From: Negaprion brevirostris
Taxonomy: Eukaryota
Length of the DNA: 63,225 nt
Direction of reading: 5' to 3'
NCBI GenBank assembly: GCA_030324005.1
Contig: JARDVH010000157.1
Location: 14,338,452 to 14,401,676, forward strand
A program made the translations under genes and the position numbers. Each line of letters starts with the position of its first letter. The stretch's first letter is position 1. The notes under the pieces were generated by a model. It was not told where the DNA came from. It searched no databases and saw only the letters and a program-made list of their open reading frames with translations. Of the stretch, positions 25,026 to 37,952 are shown in pieces.

Positions 25026-25330
25026 ACACAGTAAGTCTGACAACACCAGATTTAAGTCCAACCGATTTATTTGATAGTAAACTCACAAGCTTTCAAGGTT
25101 TCCCTTTTCGGCAGGTGAATGAAGAGTTCTGGCCTCAGACAGAGCATATATAGCACAGACAGTTTACAGATTACTGATTAGAATGCGAATCTTTACACCT
25201 AACCTGCTATTCAANNNNNNNNNNNNNNNNNNNNNNNNNNNNNNNNNNNNNNNNNNNNNNNNNNNNNNNNNNNNNNNNNNNNNNNNNNNNNNNNNNNNNN
25301 NNNNNNNNNNNNNNCCGGTATCTCCACATC
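25026..25330 (-). mobile_element. Penelope-like fragment
   Basis: Closely similar to 52878-53055; contains a mutated hammerhead motif at 25084-25117. Confidence 0.7.
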
Positions 25331-25934
25331 TTTGGTACAAAGCAGTGGAAACTACACCATGAAAATAGAAACATAGAAGATAGGAGCAGAAGGGACCATT
25401 TGGCCCTTCAAGCCTGCTTCACCATTCACTATGATCGTAGCTGATCATACAACTCAATAGCCTGATTTCACCTTCCCTCCGCCTCAAGATGGTGCTCCAT
25501 AAGCCAGATTCACTACCTTGCCCATGGCTGGGATTCTCTTGTTTCCTGCTGCGAATGGAGATTTGGCTAAACACCAAATTCTTCAAACTTGCTGGTAACA
25601 AGGCTTGTATGCCTCGTTCCATCAAGCCTAGGGGCAGAAAGCGCAAACAAAAACATTCTAAATATTTTCCTTCTTCTCAGCCTGCTTGTCAGACCTAGAC
25701 TGCATTGGCGGGCCCAAAACTCCTTTGGTAAGGTCAATATACCTCATCTCACATGGGTACATGCATCACATTCCAGAAACAGTGACTCCTGACTTCAGGA
25801 TTTCCCCATTGATTCCATTGTCATTTGCAAAGATCCGATTTAACCAGATGTTCATTGTTTTCACCAGTCTTCTTCTAAAGTTCAGAATCATGAAATTCTT
25901 CACCTCCCTCAGTCTAACATTTTTCCTGGATATC

Positions 25935-26590
25935 AACTGTGGCTCAGTGGTAACACTCTTGCCTTAACAGTTTGAAGGTTGTGGGTTCAAGTTCTGCTGT
26001 AAATCCTGTGCATGTAACCCAGGCTGATACATTAATGCAGCACTGATGGAGTGCTGCAATGTCAGGGATCTGACTTTTGGATGAAGCATTATACCAAAGA
26101 CCTGTCTGCCCTCTCAGATGGGTGTAGCATCTTTCGAAGGGAAGCTGGGGAATTCAGCCAACGTTCTGGCCATTGTCCATCTCTGAATCAACTTAAGAAC
26201 ATAAGAACACAAGAAATAGGAGCAGGAGTAGGCCATCTAGCCCTTCGAGCCTGCCCCGCCATTCAATAANNNNNNNNNNNNNNNNNNNNNNNNNNNNNNN
26301 NNNNNNNNNNNNNNNNNNNNNNNNNNNNNNNNNNNNNNNNNNNNNNNNNNNNNNNNNNNNNNNNNNNNNAAAAATATTTAGCGAGGCAGCCTCCACCACT
26401 TCAACGGGCAGAGAATTCCAGAGATTCACCACCCTTTGAGTGAACATCAACCAAAACAATAACCGATCATTTTATTGCATTTCTGATTGTGGAACCTTGC
26501 TGTGTTTTCTCAAGTGTGAGTAAAATTGAACAGAGGTTCAAAAGCATGTTGGGACATCCTGAAGATGAGACAGGTGCTATTAAATGCATT
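25935..26590 (+). mobile_element. Deu-domain SINE interrupted by a young CR1 3' end (26195-26445, minus)
   Basis: tRNA head gtggctcagtggtaacact; the SINE resumes at aacatcaaccaaaac after the CR1 piece FTQRVVNLWNSLP. Confidence 0.75.
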
Positions 26591-27212
26591 CTTACTGTCT
26601 ATTTCTTCTTACAATTTTCAAACCTTTAAACCCAAACCTTGCCTCATGTTTTACCTCAGCTTACCTCCTTTTTAACTTTGTGTCCTACACTAAGGATCTT
26701 GGTTTTTCCTGTTGGTCTCTCAATTGGAAAATAACATTCAGCATAAGTATTGCTCAGAAGTAATAACTCACTTCACACATGAATTATGGAATTCTTTTAA
26801 TTACATAAACTCTGATCATGTGAGGAAGCGAGCAAGTCATTTTACACAGTAGATAAGTGGTCAGTTATCTCCCGGGTCATTCTCCACTTTTCCCTCCTGA
26901 ACCTGGCCCTTCACCCCCTCACTGGGGTCAGGTTGCCAGGCCCCAGCGAGATCCTTGACTTGATAGGGCTCCTTGCCAGGGCTGGAACTCCTGACAGCTC
27001 TGACTTTCTCCTGAAAGAGAGGCAGGAGTCTCACCTTAAAGAAATGAGTGCTGCTCCCAGCATCATGGACAGCCTGCTCCCCCACACCCCTGACTTGTTG
27101 TCTGGGGAGGGAGGTTCGCATTGGGGCAGAGTGAGGTCATAAAATCCAGCCCATCTCTTTTTGGCGGTGGGGAGGAAGGGAGAAATGTTGGCCAATGCAC
27201 TGTGAAAGTGCA

Positions 27213-27467
27213 TTGGAGTGAGGGAGTGCAGAGGAGGTTTACTAGGCTGATACCGGAGTTGAGGGGGTTGAACTATGACGAGAGGCTGAATAAACNNNNN
27301 NNNNNNNNNNNNNNNNNNNNNNNNNNNNNNNNNNNNNNNNNNNNNNNNNNNNNNNNNNNNNNNNNNNNNNNNNNNNNNNNNNNNNNNNNNNNNNNTTGAA
27401 TGGCGGGGCAGGCTCGAAGGGCTGGATGGCCTACTCCTGCTCCTATTTCTTATGTTCTTATGTTCTT
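27213..27467 (+). mobile_element. Young CR1 3' end, gapped
   Basis: EGVQRRFTRLIPELRGLNYDERL plus (ttcttatg)n tail. Confidence 0.9.
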
Positions 27468-28494
27468 AAAATCCCAGAGTTTTTGACCAATGCCTCTGAC
27501 AACATGGATGTTGTCATTACCACACTGGGGTGTCAGCCTCGATTACATGTTCGAGTCCTGGGAGTGAAACTTGAACAACCTTCAGCAGAGTGCTATCAAC
27601 TGAGCCAAGAAGCAGGTTATTTGCATTAAAGATATAATGCTGCATAAATTTGCTGTCATTGTGACAGGAATTGCTTGCAGCTTCTCTGACTGTTTTGGCT
27701 CCTGGAATGGAGACATCGCCCTTTTAAGGGCTCCATTATTTTAAACCGCATAAAATATTTATAAAACAGCCTCATGCTATAGTCCTAAGTACAGGTTTGT
27801 GCCAGTAAAATGATCAATAAAGTATTTTCTGGCAGACTGTTGACACAGTCAGCATCTCCTGTCTCCTTGTGAGGGTACCAGCAGCTGCAGTCTGCAAGCT
27901 GCTAAGGCTGTCTGGAGACGGATGTGCCCTCAGTCCTCTTGCTGAAGCCCTTATCAGACCTAATTCTGTTTAAACTCCCTTCATCAGCACAGCAGCACTC
28001 ATCAAGAGCTATCTGAAATTCCCCACATGTAATTCGCTGGAGACGAGCATCCAGATAAATTCGGACCAGATTCAAAGGTTCCAAAATGTCTTCATCCCTG
28101 GAAGAGGAGTTTTGAAACTAACAAGCTCAGCAGTTGAGGAAGAAGCTCCACAGAGCTGCTGAGGTACTGATACAGGCTATCATTAATTCCCTGCCTTCTT
28201 CCCTCCAGGAATGCTGCCACTGGGAAAGGGTCTAATTCTTTTCTTTCTCTGGAGCGGTCTCACAGAGCACGATTAGCCCTCTGCTATTTGTTCTGTGTGA
28301 CCATTCTTCACTGAACCTTGACAGTGAGCACTTATCCAGTTATTCAATGGTGGAAAGCATTGTAGCTGAGTCCATTGATCCATCTCACTAAGAGCAGTTA
28401 ATTTAGTGCAGACTGGGGAACACATCAGGCATCTTCTGTTCCATGGGGCTTAGCCTACACTGGCAGTAGCTTTGAGAGAAGAGGGAATGAAACA

Positions 28495-29090
28495 AAGGCT
28501 TGCATTTGTACAGTGCCTTTCACAACCTCAGGATGTGCCAAAGCACTTTGGTAGCCACTGAAGTACTCATGTAGTCTAGTCACTTTGTAATGTAAGAAAT
28601 TTAGGGCCATTTTGCGCACAATGACTCCCACAAACAACAATCTGGATCTTACAGGGCAGCACGGTGGTTATCTCTGCTACTTCACTACTCCAGGGACCCG
28701 TGTTCAATTCCGGCTTTGGAGCAGTCCAAAGAGGTGTGNNNNNNNNNNTAGGAACACAACCAACAATTTATATATAAGGCTCCCTCTAACAGCAATGTGA
28801 CAAAGGCCAGATAATCTGTGCTTTAGCAATGTCAGTTGAGAGGTAAATACAGGCCAGGAGACTGGGAAGAATTTTCCTGCTTTTTTTTGAATAATGCCAT
28901 GGATCTTTCCCATCCAGGATAGTGCCTCAGTTAAATTCTCACCCGAAAGAGGGTATCTCCGACAGTGCAGCACTTTCTCAGTCCTGCACTGGGGAGTTAG
29001 ATTTCACACTCAAAGTCTTGGAAGTGGGACTTGTCATCTTCTGATTCACAGACAACAGTGTCACCGTCGAAAGGCTGAAAACACAGCACC
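28495..29090 (-). mobile_element. Deu-domain SINE with nested truncated V-SINE (28652-28740)
   Basis: atgccatggatcttt...cctcagttaaattctcacccgaaaga...ctccgacagtgcagcact. Confidence 0.7.
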
Positions 29091-30659
29091 CATTAGCAGG
29101 TCACCCATCATTAGGGAGTGCCAGTTGGCACATGCTAAGGATGTGGGACAACTTAAAATAAAATGAAGGGGAAACAGTCATGGAGGAATGAACCTGCAGC
29201 AACAATATAAATCGCAAAGTAATTCTCAAAGGTTTTCTTAGTCACTGAGGCATTTGCAAACTAACAAGCATTCCAACTAGTGAAAGAGTAACAAAGGATT
29301 AGAACGCTGAAAAATAAATTCTATGTGGGACTGGCTGACACAATTTTTTTTCAACCAGTGAACAATGTTTTATGTTGCAAGCTCTTCCAGGATAAGTCAC
29401 AATAGTGTGATTTTCTTTTTTTTAAGTGCAGCTGCTTTCTGCAGACCCATAAAGGAACACTCCGTCTACATGCTTGCTGAGTCTCAGGGAGATGGCTCTC
29501 TCATCCAAATGCATTATTCACTTATGCTTCCACTTCTATTTCTGGTGCACTTCAGCATGGTTAATACATCAAGTGCTGTTCCATAAGTGCACAAATCAAT
29601 ACAGGAGGAACACTAGGGCTGCAATATGTAACTGTCCTATCTGTTTTGTCTAGTCGAGTTACTGGATTGTTTTTTATAGCTGCTTAAGGTTGCCCATTTA
29701 TTTAGTTCAAATCTAAAACGATGCAAAAGGTTCTTCAAAAAATTCCTTTAAACCTTCGCTGCCCCATAGACTTCGGATGACTAAAAATGGAATTTGTCTT
29801 GTGAAAATCAATGAGCTACATTTTAAGAGCATGCTGCAGGTTAATATTTTGGTGTCTTAGACCAAGTGCAGTGAACCTGCTTGAATCTTTGCTGTTTTCT
29901 GGCACTGTATTTTGTCAGCACCTTTTGCTTTTTATTATATTTCAATTTAATTTTTATTGGAGGGAAGGTACGAGGATGGTGTGAATATTTGTGCTTATCA
30001 AGGTGCAGGATCTCAGCACTGGGGGTGGAAGAACTCCCTTTGCCTATATAAAGTATTGCCAGACCAGCTACCAACAATGTGTCTCCATCTTCCCCGCCCC
30101 CTGCAAGCTCAGGATGGCAACTCTACTGCACTAAGGTGACACTTCCAGTTCCTGCACTAGCTGCCCTCCATTTCAATTTTAATTTGAGCTATATTAAAAA
30201 TGGTTTGTCTGCACACTCNNNNNNNNNNGCTGGGCTTAAAGTGCCCAAGCTGAGCTCATTTAGGAGTCAGGTGATTGTAGAGACACTGATGGGTTTGGTT
30301 TGAATCAGGTTCTGATGGTGAGGACACTCTGCTTCCCCACCTTATCCTCCAGCACCTATGTAAGGCGTAACATTCCAACAGAATTCCCAAACACTAATGT
30401 AGGACAATGAAATAAAACATACTCCAAGCAGTAGCTATTTAAACCAGCAAATGAAACTCAGTGGTTGGGGAGAGAGCAATATNNNNNNNNNNNNNNNNNN
30501 NNNNNNNNNNNNNNNNNNAGTACTCAAAATGGTGTCATATTTTCTCATGCAATGAGGAGTAATGTGCCCCGTCATCGAAACTGAAATGTTTTCTGTCCAC
30601 TCCTCATCCTTTTAAGACAGCTGATGATCTGAGTAGTGTTGATGGCATAGTGTTAATTA

Positions 30660-31400
30660 TTCATCAACTGTCTCGAACTTTCTATTAATCTGCAATATAA
30701 ATCTATAATATAGACTTTGAATTCCTCCTTGCTTAGTCATGCATTCTTCACTGCCCCTTGGACTAGCTGAGGTGCTAAGTCCCTGCTCACAACTGGCGAT
30801 ATCAGAAAGCTGACACGTGAGGGGAACAGGGGCAATCACAGAGCCTGCACTGCCGCTCAAATTGGAGTCCCAACCCACCCCATCCTTTATTAAACATTCT
30901 TGTCTCCTGCATTCCTGAAGATTCTGATTCATGCTGGGGCACAGTTCCATGGATACCATCCAAGTCTTCATCAAGTGTCCATTCTTCAGGTAAAGGGGAA
31001 TAGATTAAGAACCGCACATGGATCTTGTTGCTCTGGACTGCTTAACGCAAATGAGGTATTGTCCCTTCCTACATCAACATTAGGGTACTCTACCACTTGC
31101 TTGTCACCAGCAGAGCCTATGCACTCTCCACATGAGATGCAGCTAGATTTCATACCATCAGTTCTGATAGAGGAAAGGCCACTTTGACCAGCCTGGCCCA
31201 TCCAGAGGATATGTATGACAATTTTATCATGGATTTTGTTCTGAGCACAGCCTGTTGATCACATTTTTGATAAACAACCAAGTCCTTTCAGAGAGGAAAA
31301 AAGTGACCAATCATGGCTTTTAATGTCTCTGTAATTTTCAATCCTGCTGAAGATTGACCAACGAGTAACTTGAAATTCCTGACAGCCTTTCTTCTGTGAG
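30660..31400 (-). mobile_element. Possible decayed Gypsy (Gmr1-like) pol remnant
   Basis: Minus-strand pieces AGDKQVVEYPNV, EQQDP, CLIKDGV, VIAPVP, GIQSLYYRFIL occur in the protease-to-integrase zinc-binding order. Confidence 0.4.
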
Positions 31401-32287
31401 CAATTGGGAGAAGGAGTCAGTGAAATAACTATGATTGATCAAAACGATTCAAGATTGGCTCAATTCAAATTCCATGAAAGACACAGAATCAGAATGAAAA
31501 ATTCCTATGGGACAGAGCGAGGCAGCTTAAATTCTGCTGTCATTAAAGCAACTCAAAACCTAAACCAAGCAGAACTCTGGTTCTGGTCCAGTATGATTAA
31601 AATGGCTCAACTCAGAGTTTCTGGTCATTTGAGCTTACTGATTGATAGCTTAAGTCAACCTGTTTCTATCCAGGTGGGCCTGCCCTCTGTTACCTTGTGG
31701 GTTATCAGCAATGTCAAGCTGGTCTGATCTTCCTCTATCAGACCTGTTGAAAGCTGCCAATATCTGTGAAGGACTTTGGATTTCTGTTAATACTAATTAA
31801 CTTGAGAGGCATAGGTGAAACAGCAAGGTCACAATACAGGACATTGCCAAGGATTAAAAGACTAGGAAAAAAAACAAGGAAGCAGTACTCAAGTAATGCC
31901 AAACTGAGTATTTTAAAGTATATAGACTATGGGGTCGGGGAGGATGAAAGGAGTTGGAAAGTTTCAATAATTGGGAGAACCCAGGAGAGAATGTATTTGA
32001 ATAAGAGATGACACAATGATTCTTAGATAGAAAATCGATCCTTGATTTCACAAATAGTATGGATGCAGGGAGGGGGAGAACTCTAATCTGAGAGAGATCA
32101 TCCTATGCATCTCCACATCTGTAGAATATAAAATCTGAATGCATAATTTTACCTGTAATTTTACCCCGTATTTCAACTCAGGCAAGTTATTTATGAAATA
32201 ATTATGAAAGCATCATTTGAGAATTTACAAAATTAACCATAAAGGTTAGGAGAGATCCAAGTTGCACATCTGTATTATGATAGCCAT

Positions 32288-32610
32288 GATGTGGAGATGC
32301 CAGCATTGGATTGGGGTAGACACAGTAAGAAGTATCACAACACCAGGTTAAAATCATAGAATCATTGTATAGTCNNNNNNNNNNNNNNNNNNNNNNNNNN
32401 NNNNNNNNNNNNNNNNNNNNNNNNNNNNNNNNNNNNNNNNNNNNNNNNNNNNNNNNNNNNNNNNNNNNNNNNNNCACAGTAAGAAGTATCACAACACCAG
32501 GTTAAAATCATAGAATCATTGTATAGTCATAGAATCCCTACAACTTGCACCTGATGAAGGAGCAGTGTTCCGAAAGCTCATGATCCAAATAAACCTGTTG
32601 GACTTTAATG
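32288..32610. mobile_element. Penelope-like inverted ends with hammerhead motif (32548-32582, plus)
   Basis: Minus arm gatgtggagatgccagcattgga...caacaccaggttaaa; plus arm cacctgatgaaggagcagtgttccgaaagctc...aataaacctgttggactttaa. Confidence 0.7.
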
Positions 32611-32715
32611 ATGAGTTGGCTGATTACAGCTAAGACAGTAGTGATATTAGTGATATTAATGGCACTGAACTGGGGAAGAGAAAAGTATGGCAAGTTCCAA
32701 ATACTGATTTCCATC

Positions 32716-32900
32716 CAGTGTGTGTGTGTGGGTGTGAAAGTGCGTTTGTGAGTATGAAGCTACTGGATAGTGCATGTGAATGTGAGTGTGACAGCATGTA
32801 AAAGCAAATGTGAGTGTGAGAGTGTGTGTATGCATGAAGCCATTGGATAGTGGATGTGAGAATGAGAATGTGAAAGCGAGTGTGTGTGTGTGTGTGTGTA
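32716..32900 (+). repeat. GT-rich low-complexity region and (GT)n microsatellite
   Basis: Degenerate tgtgag/gtgt units ending in a pure GT run. Confidence 0.85.
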
Positions 32901-35900
32901 AGAAAACACCAGGCAAGTACATCATGGATGCACCCCCACCATTCCAATGATCCAACAGGCTGACAACAGATATTGTCCAAGTGCACACATAAAAGTTGCA
33001 ACTGAGCTAACGTCCTTAGCAAGAAAATGTATGGATGTGAGTGTGAAGGGCAGAGGAATGGTAAATTGTGCTGATTCTTAGGTCATGAAGTCCACAGAGA
33101 ATATGTCAAATACAGAAACTCCCTGACTTGCACAAAAAGCCGACCACTCCTTTTCACAGCTGGTTCTAAAGGGGAGCTACAGAAGCCACAAGGGGGGCTA
33201 AAGAAGCCACAATGAGATCCCCTATTTGCATCTCATGAATGAGAAATGTAAAACATGGGGAAACTGAGAATGCCTTTAAAACAAATGAGAATGAATGAAA
33301 AAGATCCAGTCAACACCAAGAATTTAGAGGATTAACTTTGTATTGACTGAGTAGAGTATTCACCATCAGTAATGCAACTCGCATGCTTAGCACTTCTGCC
33401 ACTGATACTTCGGCTGGAATATATGCCATGTATAAGACGCGCTGCAGCAACTTGCCAAGCTTATTTTAACAGCACCTCCAACAAAACCTCCACAACCAAG
33501 AAGAACAAGAACAATAAGATTGTTCATTTCTGAAGGTCTGCTCAAGTCAAATCAATAATATGGATATATAATTATTGCTGGATCAGTATTCTGGAGTTCC
33601 CTATCTGATACCATTGCAGGAGCGCCATCAGCTGTGGCTCCAAGAAGGTGGGCCACCACCACCTTCTTGGGGCAATGAGGCACAGGCAATGAAGGCGCAG
33701 TTTTTCCTGTGTCACTCACATCCTGAAAATGTTCTTTTTAAAGCTAGCACACCCACTGACACAGTTATTTAACAGGGCAACTAATCTGTGGGTATCTCTG
33801 ACACTTTTTCTAGGTTGACAATAACTGTTTTGTGCACAGATGCAACTGGAGCAACTGATGTCAACTATCCTGTCCTGTCTGCTCTGGTCTCTGCCAATTT
33901 GTGTTAAAGCCACAAATGCTGGCTCTAAGTGACTGTTGATTATCCTGCCAAATAGATTGCAAAACTAGCAGACACTGCAATCAGGAAGGAGGATCAGAGA
34001 TAAAAGTAAATGGTTGACATAGATTTTTTTCTCTCTCTGAAGGAACTAGGTTAATTTGTCCTTCAGAACATTGGACCTGAATGGAGCTGAGGGAGAGAGG
34101 GTGACAGGTCCCCCTTTCCCCGACCTTCCCCAATGACTGCCAAGGCTAAGAAGATTTATAAACAGAAGGTTGTACCTTCTTGGATATGGGATTACACGAG
34201 GTGTTAGGGGTTGTTAGTGAATTGATTTCAAGCTGCCTTAACCCTTCCTCTATAGATATACATCTGCAGCATAAACTGCTACCAGGTTTGATTCCTGGTA
34301 TGTGCTGAGGTGGCTGATCTCAGCTGGGATCAGCAGTAGGGACGTTACAATTGGCTTCATTAATAATGGGCAAAGGAGGGGGGAAACTTCTTCAGGATTC
34401 CTGCTCCTAATTACAGCCAGTGGAGGCTTTAAAACTGTTGTCCAGGAGGGAATTTGAAGAGGTCAGTAAGGTCATCGAGTTATTGCCTGTTAAGGAATGG
34501 ATTCACTATGCATTCTGTATTCATTTACCTGAAGAAAGATACCTGAATTTATATAACACCATTCACAATCTCTGATGTTAAGCACTGATTTTTGAAGTGT
34601 AGTCACTGTTGTGATGTAGGAAACTTCCTAGGACATTGTTTCCTTGCTGTGTACTACTCTATACCCTCAGCAATAATGATATTGTTTTCTTTGTGTAGTT
34701 GATATTGTCCTTAGGATGCAACAGCATGGAATGAGGTTGAGAGTTTGGAGCAGGAATGTGTCAATATTAGGAAATGGGGTTGCCTCCCTGCAAACAGGGA
34801 AATATTGAAAATAGTACATTTGCCACTGTTAAATCCTGCATATGTGTAAGTGCAAGGCCAGGATGTGGGAAGATAACTGGGATTGTGCACTGCTTTCCAC
34901 AGTCAAATAGCCTGCTAGCCCCTTTAATACAGTAAAACATTCAAAGGAGCCTCACAGGAACATTATCAGTTAAAATGAACACTGAACCTAACAGATATTA
35001 GGCCAGTTGGTAAAACACTTGATCAAAGAGATAGGTTTTAAGGAGCACCTTAGAGAAGTGGCAGGATTTTCCAGTCCCTACAGTTGGCTGGGTCTTCCAG
35101 TCCTGTGAAACTCCCTGGGAATTAAATGGATCACCACATTTGCTGCAGGAAAATCCACCATGGCCAGGCCAGAAAGTCTCGTTGTGGAAGATTTAGGGGT
35201 TTAGGGAGGTAATTCCAGAGTTTAAAATTTAATTGCATTTATATAATGTCTTTCACAATTTCAGAATGAGTCAAAGTACTTGTGAAATGTAATCACTGTT
35301 GTAGTGTGGGGTCGAGACAGCTGAAGGTATGGCTACTGATGCTGGAGTGATGTAAATTGAGAATGCACAAAAGGCCAGATTTGAAGAAGTGCAGAAATCT
35401 CACTGGTTGTGGGCTGCAGGACGTTCCAGAAATAGGCAAAGTAATACAAATGAACTGAAAGTGCCAAGGCCCCAGAAAAGCAACACACTGAAGTAACGTG
35501 TGATCCTCACTATTATTGTACATTCCGTGATGTCTCTCGCTGTCCTCACCATGTTCTTGTCTGGCTTCTCTTGATACCCGATTCCTTTAATGCAGTTGAA
35601 CAAGAGTCCTAAAGGTGCCAGGAGGTCAAAAAAGTCCACCTCAAGGCCACAAGTGGTCCCTCCAAGCTCTCTTTATAAATCTCTTTGTAACTTCTGATAA
35701 AGGTCAAGAACTGTAACAATTTGACATCAAAAATGACNNNNNNNNNNCCTGTGTCTCCAGTGCCCTCTGCCTTCTTTAGCTCTTATTACAACCTTCATTG
35801 TGCCTTCGACATGGGGTGGACAAACTGTGGGTGGAATGTAAGGCTACACTTTAATTCGCTGCGCTCATTTGTCACTGAGATGGTCTTGATTTGCAGCTTC

Positions 35901-37612
35901 ATCCACGTGCATGGCAAAAGTATTGAAACCAGGGCACGACACAATGCTGCATGAGAAAATAAATTGCACTTGTACATGTGCACCATACTCACTGAGAGAA
36001 AATGGAACAAGATGTGTTCACTAGTCTTTCAGAATTTAATCACACTTTGGATTTGCTTGTTTTGAGGGTTGATGTGGTGATAAAAAAAAAATCCAACCTT
36101 CAACGGGGCTAATTACCAATTATTTTTCTCACTTACCCCTGTGATGCTAAACATCTCCACGTATTGGCATATGCTGGAACATGTTTAGTGCCACGTTTCA
36201 CATTCAGTTTCCTATTAAAAATCCTCTAAGTTCTAACAATAGAGGACTGTGCCTGTTGTGGGGTAGCCCTGAGGGAGTAGAGGTAGGGTGGATTCAGGTA
36301 AATCATTACAACACCAATGCAGCAGCTCAAATGGTAACTGTTAATTAGCCAGCTCACAAGGGCTTTGTCAAACTAACCGATCCTGATTTGGAGAAAACAG
36401 TGTGAAAATGTTCAGCACAACCTTTTCAGGATTAAAATTTACAAAGGAAACATCCCTGTTTTACAACAGGGGCTAACTACACTTCAAAACTCCTTCACTT
36501 TCTCAAAAGTGCTTTGAGACATCCTGTAGACATGAAGATGGTTTAGATATGCAAGTTCTTTCTATTTTCTATATGGCACTGGTGCAAGAGGAAAGGCGTT
36601 CTGCACTTTGACAAAATTAAAATAACTCTACGAGGCTCAGTTCTATTTGCTATGGATAAGAATCTGGGTATGCTTATACCTCTGACATATGAAGGAGACA
36701 ACCTAGATGTATATGATGTCAGAAATTGGTAGAAATGAACTTTGGGGAAACACAGATAAATACACANNNNNNNNNNNNNNNNNNNNNNNNNNNNNNNNNN
36801 NNNNNNNNNNNNNNNNNNNNNNNNNNNNNNNNNNNNNNNNNNNNNNNNNNNNNNNNNNNNNNNNNNNNNNNNNNNNNNNNNNNNNNNNNNNNNNNNNNNN
36901 NNNNNNNNNNNNNNNNNNNNNNNNNNNNNNNNNNNNNNNNNNNNNNNNNNNNNNNNNNNNNNNNNNNNNNNNNNNNNNNNNNNNNNNNNNNNNNNNNNNN
37001 NNNNNNNNNNNNNNNNNNNNNNNNNNNNNNNNNNNNNNNNNNNNNNNNNNNNNNNNNNNNNNNNNNNNNNNNNNNNNNNNNNNNNNNNNNNNNNNNNNNN
37101 NNNNNNNNNNNNNNNNNNNNNNNNNNNNNNNNNNNNNNNNNNNNNNNNNNNNNNNNNNNNNNNNNNNNNNNNNNNNNNNNNNNNNNNNNNNNNNNNNNNN
37201 NNNNNNNNNNNNNNNNNNNNNNNNNNNNNNNNNNNNNNNNNNNNNNNNNNNNNNNNNNNNNNNNNNNNNNNNNNNNNNNNNNNNNNNNNNNNNNNNNNNN
37301 NNNNNNNNNNNNNNNNNNNNNNNNNNNNNNNNNNNNNNNNNNNNNNNNNNNNNNNNNNNNNNNNNNNNNNNNNNNNNNNNNNNNNNNNNNNAACATGGAT
37401 GTTGTCATTACCACACTGGGGTGTCAGCCTCGATTACATGTTCGAGTCCTGGAATTAACCTTAATTGTCCCTTGAAACCACCAGGTATCAGTTTTAAATA
37501 ACTGTGTGAGGGGAAGAGAAGCAATTAAAGGCATGTACATAGGGGTCAAGTGGGGCTTCAGAGGACACCATGGGCTGGACATTCAATCCAGTTAAGGTTC
37601 ATTGTGGGCATT

Positions 37613-37952
37613 ATGATGGACAGTGGTTAGCACTGCATCTTCACAACACTTAGGTTTGAGTCTGGCCCTGGGTCACTGTCTTTTGGAATCTGCACTTTCT
37701 CCTGTGTCCGCGTGGGTTTCCTTTGGGTGCTCGGGATTCCCCCCACACTCCAAAGATATGTGGGTTAGGTGGATTGGCTGTGCTAAATTGCCCCCTAGTA
37801 TCCAAGGATGTGTAGGTTAGGTGGATTAGCCATGGTAAATGTGTGAGGTATTGGGGTAGGATGGGGTTTGGGCCTCGGTTAGATGCTCTTTTGGAGAGTC
37901 GGTGCAGACTCAATGGGCCAAGTGGCCTCATCCCGCCCTGTAGAGATTCTGT
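37613..37952 (+). mobile_element. HE1-like V-SINE
   Basis: Head, V domain and tail present. Confidence 0.85.

Noticed and set aside
26861-27142. GC-rich overlapping ORFs as an exon
   Set aside because: No recognisable product; ends at aaaatccagccc, like the non-autonomous element termini elsewhere in the window.
35550-35608. Exon-like GLLFNCIKGIGYQEKPDKNM with AG/GT ends
   Set aside because: The sequence resembles a decayed CR1 3' tail and has no MORN1 similarity.
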